Shown: one piece after another, positions 12,810 through 24,494 of the stretch
How positions within the stretch are numbered: the stretch's first letter is position 1
Layout of the letters: each line of letters begins with the position of its first letter
From: Eledone cirrhosa
Taxonomy: Eukaryota
DNA: 64,000 nt
NCBI GenBank assembly: GCA_964016885.1
Contig: CAXHJY010000669.1
Location: forward strand, 1 to 64,000
Direction: 5' to 3'
The notes under the pieces: generated by a model
What the model was told of the DNA's origin: nothing
Seen by the model: the letters and a program-made list of their open reading frames with translations, nothing else
Database searches by the model: none
Program-made: the position numbers and the translations under genes

Positions 12810-15800
12810 CATCATCATCATCATCAACGTTTAACGTCCGTGTTCCACGCTTGCATGGGTTTGGACGGGGGTATTCCCACTTGAGGCAAGAGTGATTGTC
12901 TTGCTCGCATAGGACTGTCTGGCAGGTTTTCTGCAGTTGGATGCCCTTCCTAACACCAACCACATTTACAGTGTGGGGCTGGGAGGTTTTTACCGTGTTG
13001 CCTACACGGCCACATTACAGTGTGAACTGTGTGTTTTTTTGTCGTGACACCTACACGATCTCATTTGTTTCGGCCTGGATGTTGTGGCACCAACATAACT
13101 TTACATAGGAGGGGGTGGTGTGGAAGGGGTGTGGGTGGTGGGACGGGGGTGTATTTTGTTAGAGATGCCTACTGGCTGTAGTAGGTTTTACTATGTATTT
13201 AGGTAAGGCGGGTCTTCTCTATTACTGAGTACCGCCAAAGGTCTCGGTCCAGTGACATTGTCTTGGTGAGGTGTAAGTGTGTGAGGTCGGAGTTTATCAG
13301 CTCATCCCAGGTTTTTCTGGGTCTGCCTATTCCGTGGCTATCGTCTATCTTTATTGCCCTGCACTTTGTTATACAGCTATTGTCCTTCATGTGCATTATG
13401 TGACCATACCAACGTAGCCTTCTCTCGAGTAGACAACATCTGATCTCTCTTATTTCTAATTTTTCCCTTAGTTCGTTTATGCTTTGTCGTTCACGTATAT
13501 TACTATTACACATCCAGCGGAGCATGCAAGCTTCGTTTCTCTCTAGTCTGCGTATATCTTCTGCACACAATGCCCAGGTGTCACTGCCATGCAACATTGC
13601 TGTTCGTATGCAGGCATCGTACAACCTGCCTTTCATTTTTAGGGAGAACCCTTTAGCGGCTAATAGTGGTATAAGCTCTCTGAACTTTTTCCACCCAGTT
13701 CTGACTCTAGCTACTGTACTTTCAGAGCACCCTCCCCCACTGCTGATTTTGTCACCCAGGTAACGGAAGCTGTCCACTATTTCTATAGAACCCTCTGCGC
13801 AGCTGAAAGAGCTAGTATTTGTGGGCACTTGCTGCTACTTATTGCGCCGGAACACCGGCCACATGTAAAATCTATGTTCTTAGTTAGCTTACCTGTGATA
13901 CCACTACATCTTGCATTTGGGACACTCAAACTTTGCATTTGGGACACAAAATGGAGTTTCTACCTACGCCTTTCCTACACTCTGCGCATGGCCACTTCCC
14001 GGAGGGGACCGCCGCCTTATTTTCTTTCTTACAAACTATAACTTTAGTCTTAGCCAGGTTAATTTTAAGGCCTTTTGATTCTAGGCCGTGCTTCCATGTT
14101 TGGAATTTCTTCTCTAGCTCGGCCATTGATTCAGCTATGAGCGTTAGATCATCTGCGTATAGGAGTTCCCATGGGCAGCCGGTCTTGAACTCCACTGTTA
14201 TAGCCTGGAGGGCAATAATAAATAGTAGGGGGCTAAGAACAGATCCCCGATGAACACCAACTTTTACACTAAACTCTTCACTATATTCGTTGTTAATTCT
14301 AACCTTGCTGACTGTTTCTTTATACATGGCTTGTATAGCTCTCACAAGCCATTCATCAACACCTAGTTTTCTAAGAGCCCACCAGATAATGGAACGGGGG
14401 ACTCTGTCGAAGGCCTTCTCCAAGTCGACGAAAGCTAAGTATAGGGGTTTACTTTTAGCTAGGTACTTCTCCTGTAGTTGTCGTACAATGAAAAGAGCGT
14501 CTGTGGTACTTTTTCCTGACACAAACCCGAACTGCATTTCATCTAGATCAATTCGCTCTCTGATTAGTTGCACTATTACTTTTTCCGTGACCTTCATGAC
14601 CTGGTCGATTAATTTAATGCCTCTATAGTTACTCCTATCTAGGGCATCTCCTTTACCCTTATAACAGTTAACGATGATGCTGCTACGCCAGTCCTCCGGA
14701 ACAACCCCATTCTGTATGACTTGGTTGACTATCCAGGTGACCATGGTGTGTCCCACCGTACCAGATGCCTTCAGCATCTCGGCAACTATTTCCGAAGGCC
14801 CAGCCGCCTTGCCTGTCTTCATATCTTTGATTGCCTTACTTATTATACTACCCTCGACTAACACTGCTGGTCCCTCTATTGGGTCGATGTGGGGGAGACT
14901 GTCTTTCTCCCATTTATTCTCCTCATTTAGTAGCCTTTCATAGTGACACTTCCAAGCTACCTTCTTATCAGCGTCGGTGATGGCAAGTACGCCGTCATCA
15001 TTAAGTACACACTTCTCCCCGACAATATCACTGTTCTCCTTGACACATTGCCTAGCAATCCTGAAAACCTCACGTTTTTGGTCCTCACGTTGTAGAACAT
15101 GCTTGAACTTTCTTTCCTCTGCTTCCCTTCTTGCGAAGTACACTTGTCTCCTAGCTTCCCTCCTGGCCACTTGATAGTCTTCTCTGCTTCCCCCATCCCG
15201 CCATACTTTCCAAGCCTGCTTTTTGGCCTTAATTGACCCCTCCACCTTACTGTTCCACCACCATGTTACTCTCCTCCTGCCTACAGGCCTGCTCCAGCCA
15301 CAGACTTCGTCTGTCGCCGTCAGCAGGTTTGCTTTCAGGAATTCCCACTGTTCCTCTACCTTGTACGACTCTAATTGCTCTTCCTTACTGTCGAAAGCAT
15401 CAAGTAATATGCTTTGGAATTTATTTTTGGCTGTGGGGTCCTTTAGCTTCCATATTTTTCTCCTGAGGATAGTCCTCTTCTGTTGTCTAGTACGTCTCAT
15501 CCTGATTATTAGGTCGCTAATTATCAGTCTGTGTTGGGAGGTGCATTCTTCATGGGGGAGGGATTTAGTGTTTACAACAGTCACTTTGTAACGTCTTCTG
15601 GTAAGGATATAATCTACCTGGCTGGTATGTTCCCCTGATCTGTAGGTGATCAAGTGATTGTCTCGTTTTTTGAAGTTAGTGTTGCAGATAGTTAGGTTAT
15701 TTGCGTCACAGAATTCCAGGATTCTGGAGCCTTCCTCATTTCTAGTACCAAACCCATAGCCTCCATGGATTTCGTCGTATCCGTCACAATGTTGTCCAAC

Positions 15801-16212
15801 GTGACCGTTTAGGTCGCCTGCAATAATTATATAGTCACTGTCGGTTATTTGGGAGGTAGTGAGCATCAGTGTCTCATAGAATCTGTCTTTTATAGTGCTG
15901 GGCAGTCCGGATTTGGGTGCGTATGCGGATATTACTGTCACCGTGGTTCTATTGAGGACAAGTCTTATTTTAATTATTCTGTCGTTCACTCTATTTACGT
16001 CTATTATCTTATCTGCCCACTTTTCTGCTACCATGATTCCTACCCCACCCAGCCCATTGTCATTGTCATTTCCCACCCAGAAAAGCTTATAGCATCGTTT
16101 TCTACCCACAATGAATCTAGCAGATCCACCCCTCCACCTGGTCTCTTGAATACAACAAACATCGACCTCCTTACATTCAAGCATTTCTACAACCTCGTTA
16201 GAGCGACCCTTT
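12810..16212 (-). mobile_element. RTE-clade LINE, copy 2 (APE endonuclease plus RT, slightly 5'-truncated)
   Basis: 752-aa ORF 13926-16184 with APE motifs (CIQETRW, GVGI, SAYAP, GDLNGHVG, QVDYIL, SQHR) and RT motifs (KAFD, LYADD); C-terminal ORF 13199-13828; (ATC)n tail at 12810-12826. Confidence 0.97.
13199..16212 (-). pseudogene. RTE LINE APE-RT polyprotein broken by one local duplication
   Basis: A short duplication of TGTCCCAAATGCAA at about 13911-13946 introduces a stop where copy 1 reads KVWVHKRC. No other lesion is evident from the ORF track. Confidence 0.9.
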
Positions 16213-16324
16213 AATATAAATATATATAAATGAAGTAATTCCGTCAGAAAGGTCCAGGAAAAAAGAGTGCTCTATGAAGGTTACAGAGCTTATTAGTTAT
16301 GTAATAAACAACATAAGATAATTA

Positions 16325-16384
16325 TTTCATTTACCAGTGGTTTCTTGAAAGCAAACAAATTTGCTTTCAGTCATCAGAATGAAA
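16325..16384 (-). ncRNA. Type-I hammerhead ribozyme (left arm)
   Basis: Reverse complement of 16532-16591. Confidence 0.85.
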
Positions 16385-16531
16385 AAATCCTGGTGTTTTT
16401 ATTGAATGTGGATTTGAAAAACCTTTATGTCTATTTTCCATACCTGCATGCATTAGATAGTATGGGTGGGTTGCCATGTTCTGAGGCTAGACACACAGGC
16501 CAGAAGACATTCAACAAAAACACCAGGATTT

Positions 16532-16591
16532 TTTCATTCTGATGACTGAAAGCAAATTTGTTTGCTTTCAAGAAACCACTGGTAAATGAAA
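16532..16591 (+). ncRNA. Type-I hammerhead ribozyme (right arm)
   Basis: Stem I TTTCATT/AATGAAA (7 bp); core CTGATGA (16539-16545); stem II TGAAAGCAAA-tttg-TTTGCTTTCA (10 bp); GAAA (16572-16575); stem III CC(ACT)GG; cleavage triplet GTA (16582-16584). Confidence 0.85.
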
Positions 16592-16634
16592 TAATTACCA
16601 TATGTTGTTTATTACATAACTATATATATATTTA

Positions 16635-17190
16635 AAGGTTAAACGAGGTTCAATGAATAAATCACCTCCTTGTGTTTTAGACTATAAAACTTATTCTTTT
16701 TCTCCTCTTCTCTCTATCCTTAATCAATTTTCTTTTGCTTTCGTGCATAAGATAATTCTATATTTCTTGTCATTCTCTCTTTCCTCATCTGTTTCTCTCT
16801 CTGTCTTTCACGTCCTCTTTCTACAATAATGTGTAATCCATATATTACTTTATTTAAATTATTTAAATTTCTAACAGTTATGTAGGTTTATATTATATTA
16901 GTAGTTGTTTATTATTATGTATCCTTATAAGCTTTCTCACACGCACCCTCTGTATTATATGTAATTTTTTCATGTCTCAATCTTAAGGTATATAAATATT
17001 GTGTTTTGTCCTAACTTATTCACTGCCATAACTGAATTTTAACCATCAACATAGTCAAGGTATGTCAAGCATCAACTTATTTTATCTGATGAGGACGTAC
17101 TGGTGAAAATAGCTCAGTACCTCTGAAATGTGTATAATAAAATATACTTGATCAAACGAATGTCTATATTTGTTAATATTTTGAATTAAT
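16635..17190 (+). mobile_element. Probable solo PLE terminal repeat (pLTR) remnant
   Basis: Pyrimidine/AT-rich segment between (TA)n tracts, ending in a hammerhead motif that overlaps AATAAA. Confidence 0.5.
17078..17144 (+). ncRNA. Type-I hammerhead ribozyme motif
   Basis: Stem I TATTTTAT/ATAAAATA (8 bp); CTGATGA (17086-17092); stem II GTACTG...CAGTAC; GAAA (17125-17128); TGTGTA short stem III; ATA triplet (17134-17136). Confidence 0.7.
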
Positions 17191-18624
17191 ATATATATAT
17201 AAGTTCAGAATGAGGTGCCACTCCTTATTTTTAAGTTTCTCTTAAGCTAACAATGCCTATATTTCAGGTGTCTATAAGATCATTGGGGGTCGATCATATA
17301 TATATATAAGAGAGTATTGAAGTTTGCTTGAAGCATTGTGGAATAATAAGGTCTGCAGAATGTTCAGTTAAGCATTAATTTCAGGAACAATATGAACATT
17401 CATTGTCGAAACTGACAGAGGTTGATTCCATATATATATATATATATTTATTTATATATAACCATTGATAGAATTAAAACTCATCATCACTTTATTCATT
17501 TTTAATTTACTAGAAATAGATTTTTTTTTTTTTTGTTACTATTTCCTACAATTTTCAGTAGTGTGGCAGCATGTCTTGTATTAGGGAGTGGAATTAAAGA
17601 AAGTCCACTGAAGTATAATAATATCAAATGCAGTCTTTAGGAAATAAATACCATTTAGACATACAGGCAGCTAAATATAACATAATGAACTTTCAAATGA
17701 AATTAGCTACATCCATATAAAAGTTAGTAAAGAAATGAACAAAAGAAAAAAATATTCTAAAAAATGAAGGAAGGAAAGAAGGGAGGAAGGAGGGAGGGGG
17801 AAAGGGAGGGAGGGGGAAAGGGAGGGAGGGAGGGAGTAAAGAAGGGAGGGAGGAAAGCAGGGAGGGAGTGAAGGAGGAAAGAAGGAAGGAAAAGAAACAC
17901 ATTTTCCATTAGTTGTTACATTAATGAATTTCAAATGTAAATACAATTTTATATGATTGCATGTAATTAATTATTTTTGATATTAGACCTTGTTGAAACC
18001 CTACTAATTAACAGATAACTTATCTGGAAATAATTTGAAAGAAACTCAGGGAAAAGAAAGAAATAATTTGTAATTCTTAAGCTATTTTTGTTAGTTTATT
18101 TATTGGCTTTGAAATCTTGTAATGAATTGTAAACATTTTGTTAAATCTAAATACAGAAATATGTATGATGGTGTAATGATAAGAGTATTAACCCTTTCAT
18201 TGCCATATTTCCAATGAAATTAACAGTATTTAAATTAATTAATGAAGAAGTTGAAGGGATTTACTGAAAAATATAATTTCATTAAGGTGGTATTTGTAAC
18301 AACTTAACAAAAGGTAAAGATTACGTTAGAAGTGTTTTAATTTAAATCGGAACTCTTTAAAATTGTTGGTTTTGTTTCAAGGAACCAAAAGCAAGAGTAG
18401 GCGTGTATAAGATGTAAATATATACAAGTTTCTAAGAAATACATACGTATAAATACACAGGAAATAAGTGTAAAACATGTATGTTTACAACTTCCAACAT
18501 ACATTATAAAATATATACAGAGAGTTTTAAGTTGAAGATGAAGGTCGTGATAGACACAATTATAGTCAGAAATATAATAAAAGGGAAATATAATATACTA
18601 GGATTTTATTCAACACGCTGATGC

Positions 18625-18664
<40 letters not shown>

Positions 18665-19390
18665 ATACATCTATGTGTATGACTATATAAATTTAAACAT
18701 GCAAACAGAGACACACTTACAAAAATACATACTCACAGACCTAGATTCACACAATCACACACATACAGTCACACACAACGTAGCAAATGGAACACCCGTC
18801 GCTGTTTTGCTATAGATTTTTTACCATCCCCTTCCTTCCTTTTACATACACACACACACACACATTGTGTGATGTACGGATGGACAGAAGTTGCTCAAAT
18901 TTATATATAGATTGTTAAAAAAGAAACAAGAAGAAAGAATACAATGATTGTCAAGTGAAGAAGAAAAATGGAGAGAGGAGAAGACCACCAAAACGCAAGG
19001 TGCTGGAGCCTCCCTTGAATAATAAGAGGCAAGCCAACACACTTGCAACATTACTGAAATAAAATAAAGACAGACGAAGAGGAAATTAAAATACTACTAA
19101 ATTTTGCTATCTGATTCAAGCACATCTAGAGAAGTGCTTGCAGTGTGATGCTGATATATTATACATCCAAATGTTCTGATTCCAACTGTTGCTAAAGCTA
19201 TTGCATCAGGTCTCAACATAGGCAAGATAGTCTGCTTGCTGCAGTCAGACTAGCAAACATTTGGATGTTATTCTTATTTCACAGTTGAGTGGTGGAGAGA
19301 GTGAGAAAACTTACTCTCCAGTACTGCATGAAATATGTTTGCATACTTGAGTGTAAATGAAATATTAATACACGCACACATTATATACAT

Positions 19391-19431
<41 letters not shown>

Positions 19432-20082
19432 CCATGCACCCATCTAACCCACGCAGGTATGGAAAATAGATGTTAAATTGTGATCATGATGATATATATA
19501 TATATATATATATATGTAATTTGAAATGTGTGTCCCAATGAAAATCATAATAGTTAGTCACTATATAATTGAGAAAATAGGATAAAGTACCCCTCGAGAT
19601 GACAAAAGGTGGACAGAGGTGCATACAGAAAGAGAGAGAGAGAGAGGGGGGGGGGGATATAACTTAGGGAAGCATGGTAAAGTGAACATAAAATAACAAT
19701 GATTATATATATCATTATCAGCTTTTTTCGTCCACTTGGAATTACAGGTACAATGCATCTGACAGGCTTCCACACAGTTTCAGTCGGCTCAATTTCACTC
19801 ACAAGGTTTAGGCCTCTCAGAGACTAACTTAAAAGGCACTTACCACAGATGCCACACAGTGGGACTGAACTTCATGATTCTGAAGCAAAACTTTTTAAAT
19901 GTCTGGCCATGCTGCATTCACAAATACCAGTAATATACTACAATTAAATCACTTGGCATGATAAATATGATACCAATGCAAAATTGGTTTCATACTTTCG
20001 AAAGAATCTAATATCAATTAAAATGCATAAAAATTTAGCTTGAGCTCAAAACAATTATTTCTAATTCAAATATGTCAACTAA

Positions 20083-21487
20083 TTAACCCTTTTGATAGCA
20101 ACCTACCAAAATTGGCTTTGATTCCATGAAACAAAACCACCCATTTTCAAGTATTCCCATTTAAATTGATATCTTCTAACATAATTCTATATTGGAACCA
20201 TGTTAAGTCTTAATGAAATAACCAATGATTTTAGTAGATCCTTCAAACTTCTTTGTTAATTAATTGAAACAGAGTGTAGATCATTTGAAATGTGGTCCCG
20301 AAGGAGTTAACAAGAATATACTCATTTGTGATTGACATGATAGATAGAAATAATTAAAATGAAGATCCAGTAGGCTGGCAGCTAATATAAAGAACAGTAT
20401 CAACAACCATGCATTTATCTCTAAGTAGTCTGCCATCTCTTATGTTAACTTCAGAGCCTCTTATTAAATATGACCTTTTTGAACCTACTAATTCCCCATC
20501 TAGTCTTTAGTAACATTTTGAGGTTCATAACCTTTGGAGAAAAGACATTTAGGTTCATTAAGTTGTTTACTCTTGATATATTCTGAGAAATACTTTTACA
20601 GTGATATTTCACAAAAGAAAAACAAAATTCATAAAGATGGTAAAAATACAGCTAAAAAATAAACAAGCTATGATGCTACCAAATTTTTAACAGAAATATT
20701 TCTTTTTTTCTATTAACCTTTTCGTTACCAAATCGCATGAAACTTCCCCCTGGTTCTATGATACAAAGATATTTGCTTTAAACTGTTTATATTTACCTAA
20801 AATCCTTCTATCATAATCTTATGTAAGAACTTTTGTTGTGTTATGTTTCAAATACTAACTTAATGAAAAAGTTCTACCTCTCCAATTTCTTGATTATTTT
20901 GACAATTATTTAAAAACCATAGACAGTATCTTTCATTAGAAATATGATAATGAAAGGGTTATTGTATTCATATTTATCTGAAAAACTCCCATCATAATTT
21001 CAGGTGTGAATCTTTGTTATGTTATGTTCCTAACACCAGCTTAACAGCTATATTACTAAATTTTTCCAATTTATTGGTTATTTTCAAAATTATTTGAAAG
21101 CCAGTGGCAGTGTCTTTCAATAGAAATATGGGAACATAAGGGAACATATATAAATGTATGCAACAAAGAAATATGCTAAAAACATGTGATAAATAGTAAG
21201 GTGAAAACATTTAGGTTTTATTTCAGATGCAAACTTGGAATTCTAAAATTTAAGTCTCTCAGTACCATATTTCTGATTAAATACATTGCATGTGTGTTAA
21301 TCAATGATGAATTTGGAGATTCAATACAATTATTTCAGTTATTAAGATGATATTTGCAACCTAGCAAAAATGATTTATATAAAATTATGTTGGAAGATCT
21401 TAATTTAAATAGTAACTTTCTAAATGGTTGGTTTGGTTCCATAAAATCAGAGGCAGTTTTGGGTAGGTTTGTATTGAAAGAATTAAT
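20083..21487. mobile_element. Cluster of degenerate 230-250 bp TTAA-flanked MITE-like repeats (piggyBac-like termini)
   Basis: TTAA-CCCTTTTG...GAAGGAG-TTAA (20083-20310); TTAA-CCTTTTCGTTACCA...TGATAATGAAAGGG-TTAT (20713-20962, about 14-bp TIR). Related copies at about 21250-21487, 18189, 38420 and 39670. Confidence 0.55.
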
Positions 21488-21849
21488 TCACATAAAAAGA
21501 TGTTATTTAAAAAAAAAATACAATACTAAATAAGCACCAACCATAATATTATGCCATATGTATTTGTATATTTATATATCTCTATCTGTCGCTCTTTAAA
21601 ATTTACACACACACAATACATTTCCTATCTCTATCAGGTAGCTACAATAAGTAGTACACTTTCCAATCACAAGGTCTTGGGTTCTAACCCTACATTTGTC
21701 TTTGTAAATAGATATTTCTCCAAAATTACTCATACATTTAATAATCCTGTATGTTATTTGTACATATATGCTGAACATTTATGTAATTATATCCTAGAAA
21801 TAAATCATTGAAATATCATTCTTATCTTTAATCACTTCCACATGAGGTA

Positions 21850-22190
21850 ATCAATATAAACTATGTAGGGTTTCTCTTATAGAAACATTAATTTATCAAA
21901 ACGTAAATCTCCTAGTTTGTGTGATTCTTCTTATATCTGGTAATCATCAAATAAATGGATTCCAAAAATCAAATATGTTCAATGTTATTACAGTCATTAT
22001 TCATGGCATGGACCACAAGTCATATATAAACTATAGGATTTCTCTTAAGTGAACCATTAATTTATCAAATCGCAAATTTTCCAGTTTGTATGATTGCTCA
22101 TATATCCAGTAATCATAGTATATATGGCATACCAAATTCAATACATTCAACTCTATTATTGATGGCATGGGTCCACTAGTCTATTATAAA
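21850..22190. repeat. Diverged tandem duplication, period about 170 bp (two copies)
   Basis: TATAAACTAT..TTTCTCTTA..CATTAATTTATCAAA..GTAATCAT..ATGGCATGG occurs twice in register. Confidence 0.75.
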
Positions 22191-22817
22191 AATGTGGGCA
22201 TATGTGTATGCGTGTGTTGTGTGTGTGTTATGTATGTGTGTGCTATTGAGCAATTAATAAAGAGCTTCCATATGGAAGACAAATAAAAATTGATTAACAA
22301 CCAAACAGAAGTTTGTTCAGATATTTTAGCACTGAGTAAATCAGTCAACCAGAGTCATGCAAATAGGACAGTCTAGCAACTGAAGATGTGTTTATAATTA
22401 ATTTATTTCGTTTATTCTATAAAGTGATTCAATAATGATAGAAAGGTGAAAAAATATAGAATTTAAATCACTACAAGTTTTCAATTTCTGTTTATATTTT
22501 TTCTTGTGCTTTTCCAAAATGTAGTTCAACTTAAATTAATTATTATCACATCAATTAATTAATGACCACCAAGAGTTAAGAGATAATCTTATTTTCCTGT
22601 CTTTAGAAATCATAAAATCCACATTCATATCCAAATAAATAGACAAGTTAAAGGTCAGTAAGTCTCACAAAATACTGAATTGCTTCAAACAATGTTCGCA
22701 GAAAATGATTGAATGAAGTTTCAAATGCTTGCTTTCTGGTTCTAAAATTACTTAGCCATGTCAACAGATATCTACCTTAACTTATAGAAACACATGCTTG
22801 TCTGACCAATATCAAAA

Positions 22818-23230
22818 ACTAACCTATCAGAAGAAAAGAAGACCAACAAATACCGGGGATTTTCCAGCTGCTTCCTCTTTGCACTGGTCACTGTCAAGAC
22901 CTCAGACTTACTTGAACCCCATACTGCCGAGTTCCTCTGCAAGACTGGAATGTTAGCAGCCCATCTGAGGAAGGAGCTCCGCAAGGTGGGGTGGCTGTTG
23001 CAGCAGGTGTCGCTGGCCATTGTCTTTGGAAATGCTTTTCTGTTTTTTTTTGCAGGGTGCAGCCCCAACACCGTCAAGCCCTAGGTCTAGAGCCCATCAC
23101 TCTCCCCTTCCCTTTCTTCTGTGTCCCTAGAGCCCTTGACTTTCCCTTTATTTTCCGTTTTAAAATATCTGTAGTGTTGTTATTTGAATTAGATTTGTTT
23201 ATGATATTTTTGATTTTTATTAATAAAACA
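22818..23230 (+). mobile_element. 3' remnant of a CRE-like non-LTR retrotransposon (restriction-like endonuclease C-terminus)
   Basis: In-frame SEEKKTNKYRGFSSCFLFALVTVKTSDLLEPHTAEFLCKTG...WLLQQVSLAIVFGNA matches the REL pattern E.K..KY...F.P..vET.G..G....FL..G...L.QR.S.A..rGNA. A T-rich UTR and AATAAA follow. Confidence 0.72.
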
Positions 23231-24159
23231 TGGTACAATAAATTTCACAATCTATTTTCAATTATAGTAGCTTAAAAGCTATGTACTTTCAGTCAATTTT
23301 ATGCTGGTTAGCTGCAGTAGATCCAGATATACTGCAGACCTACTTTTCTGTATTATACAACAATGAGTTCTCATTCTTTAAAACTGTTGAAAGCAATGTA
23401 ATCTATATACTATTAAAACTCTGTGATTGTGTGCTTGTCTGTAATTTAATACAGGTTCATAATGGGAAAATACTTTGAAAGGAAGTTGCCCCTGAAATGG
23501 GAATACAAATGGAATGGAATAAAAGAAGTTTCGCATAACTCGGAGCATGGATTCCCAAGATACTTGGTACCTTCATAAATAGAGAGAAAGAGAAAGTGGT
23601 TGTGAGAGAGTAGATTTAAAGAGAGACATAGAGAGAGAAGGAGACAGAGAAGGAAAATGGAAGAGAGAGAGCTGTAAAAATTATTTTTAAGTGAACGTGA
23701 CCCAACAGATCATGGGTGGTCTAGGTACCTTTAATATTAGCAAAAGAACAACATAGCAAAGCTGCCAGCCTGTCACTCCCATCCAGCTCTTTCACATCTC
23801 TTGAATTGGGAATTTACCCCCAGTTAACATCATTCCAATGTGCTTTTACACTTTTCTGTATATTGAACTTCTGTCACCTCTAAAACCCTGCACATACTCC
23901 TTTAGACTTTTCACCTAACATTACTCCATAATCGTTCCATACTTAGGTGTCATCTATGTGCAATCTAGATATTTAAAGCCAAAATTTGCACTGCTTCCAT
24001 AAACAGGGGCATTGAAACCTCTTCCAATGAATATTTGACAATCTACTCTATCTATCAAAAGTTCCGATATTAAGGAAGCAGTCTTGAACTAAAGCTCTCC
24101 TACTAATAAACACAGCCACTACAAAGGACACACATTTCTTATGATCCCTCATCACAACC

Positions 24160-24204
<45 letters not shown>

Positions 24205-24494
24205 ATATATACCCACACTGTAAAGTGGTTGGTGATAGAAAGGGTATCCAGCCATAGAAAGTTTTCCAAAGGGTGTCTTTAACACAACTGAAGGGTCCTT
24301 CAGTTGTGTTAAAGACACGATAACCTCTCCTGTACACTCAGTAGAAAGTGACACTGTATGTAAGCAAGATAACAGAATCGTAGCCTGTCTGGGAGGTCAG
24401 TAGCCCCATTTCAGTAATGACAGTAAACATGTCCAATCCTTGCTAGCAGGGAAAGCAGCCGTTAAAATGGTAATGTTGATTATTTATATATATA

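Larger units (their letters stand above)
16294..16622. mobile_element. Short palindromic element: 116-bp inverted arms (16294-16409 and 16507-16622), each with a hammerhead ribozyme
   Basis: TAGTTATGTAATAAACAAC...ATTGAATGT vs ACATTCAAC...GTTGTTTATTACATAACTA are near-exact reverse complements around a 97-bp spacer. Confidence 0.9.

Noticed and set aside
8206-16214. Antisense and off-frame ORFs over the RTE copies (likewise over Gypsy pol and the PLE)
   Set aside because: Shadow ORFs of real coding frames with no independent motifs.
24015-24085. Possible further hammerhead (CTTCC-AATGA...GATATTAA-GGAAG) before AATAAA and (TA)n
   Set aside because: Lacks intact CUGANGA and GAAA cores; too degenerate to call.
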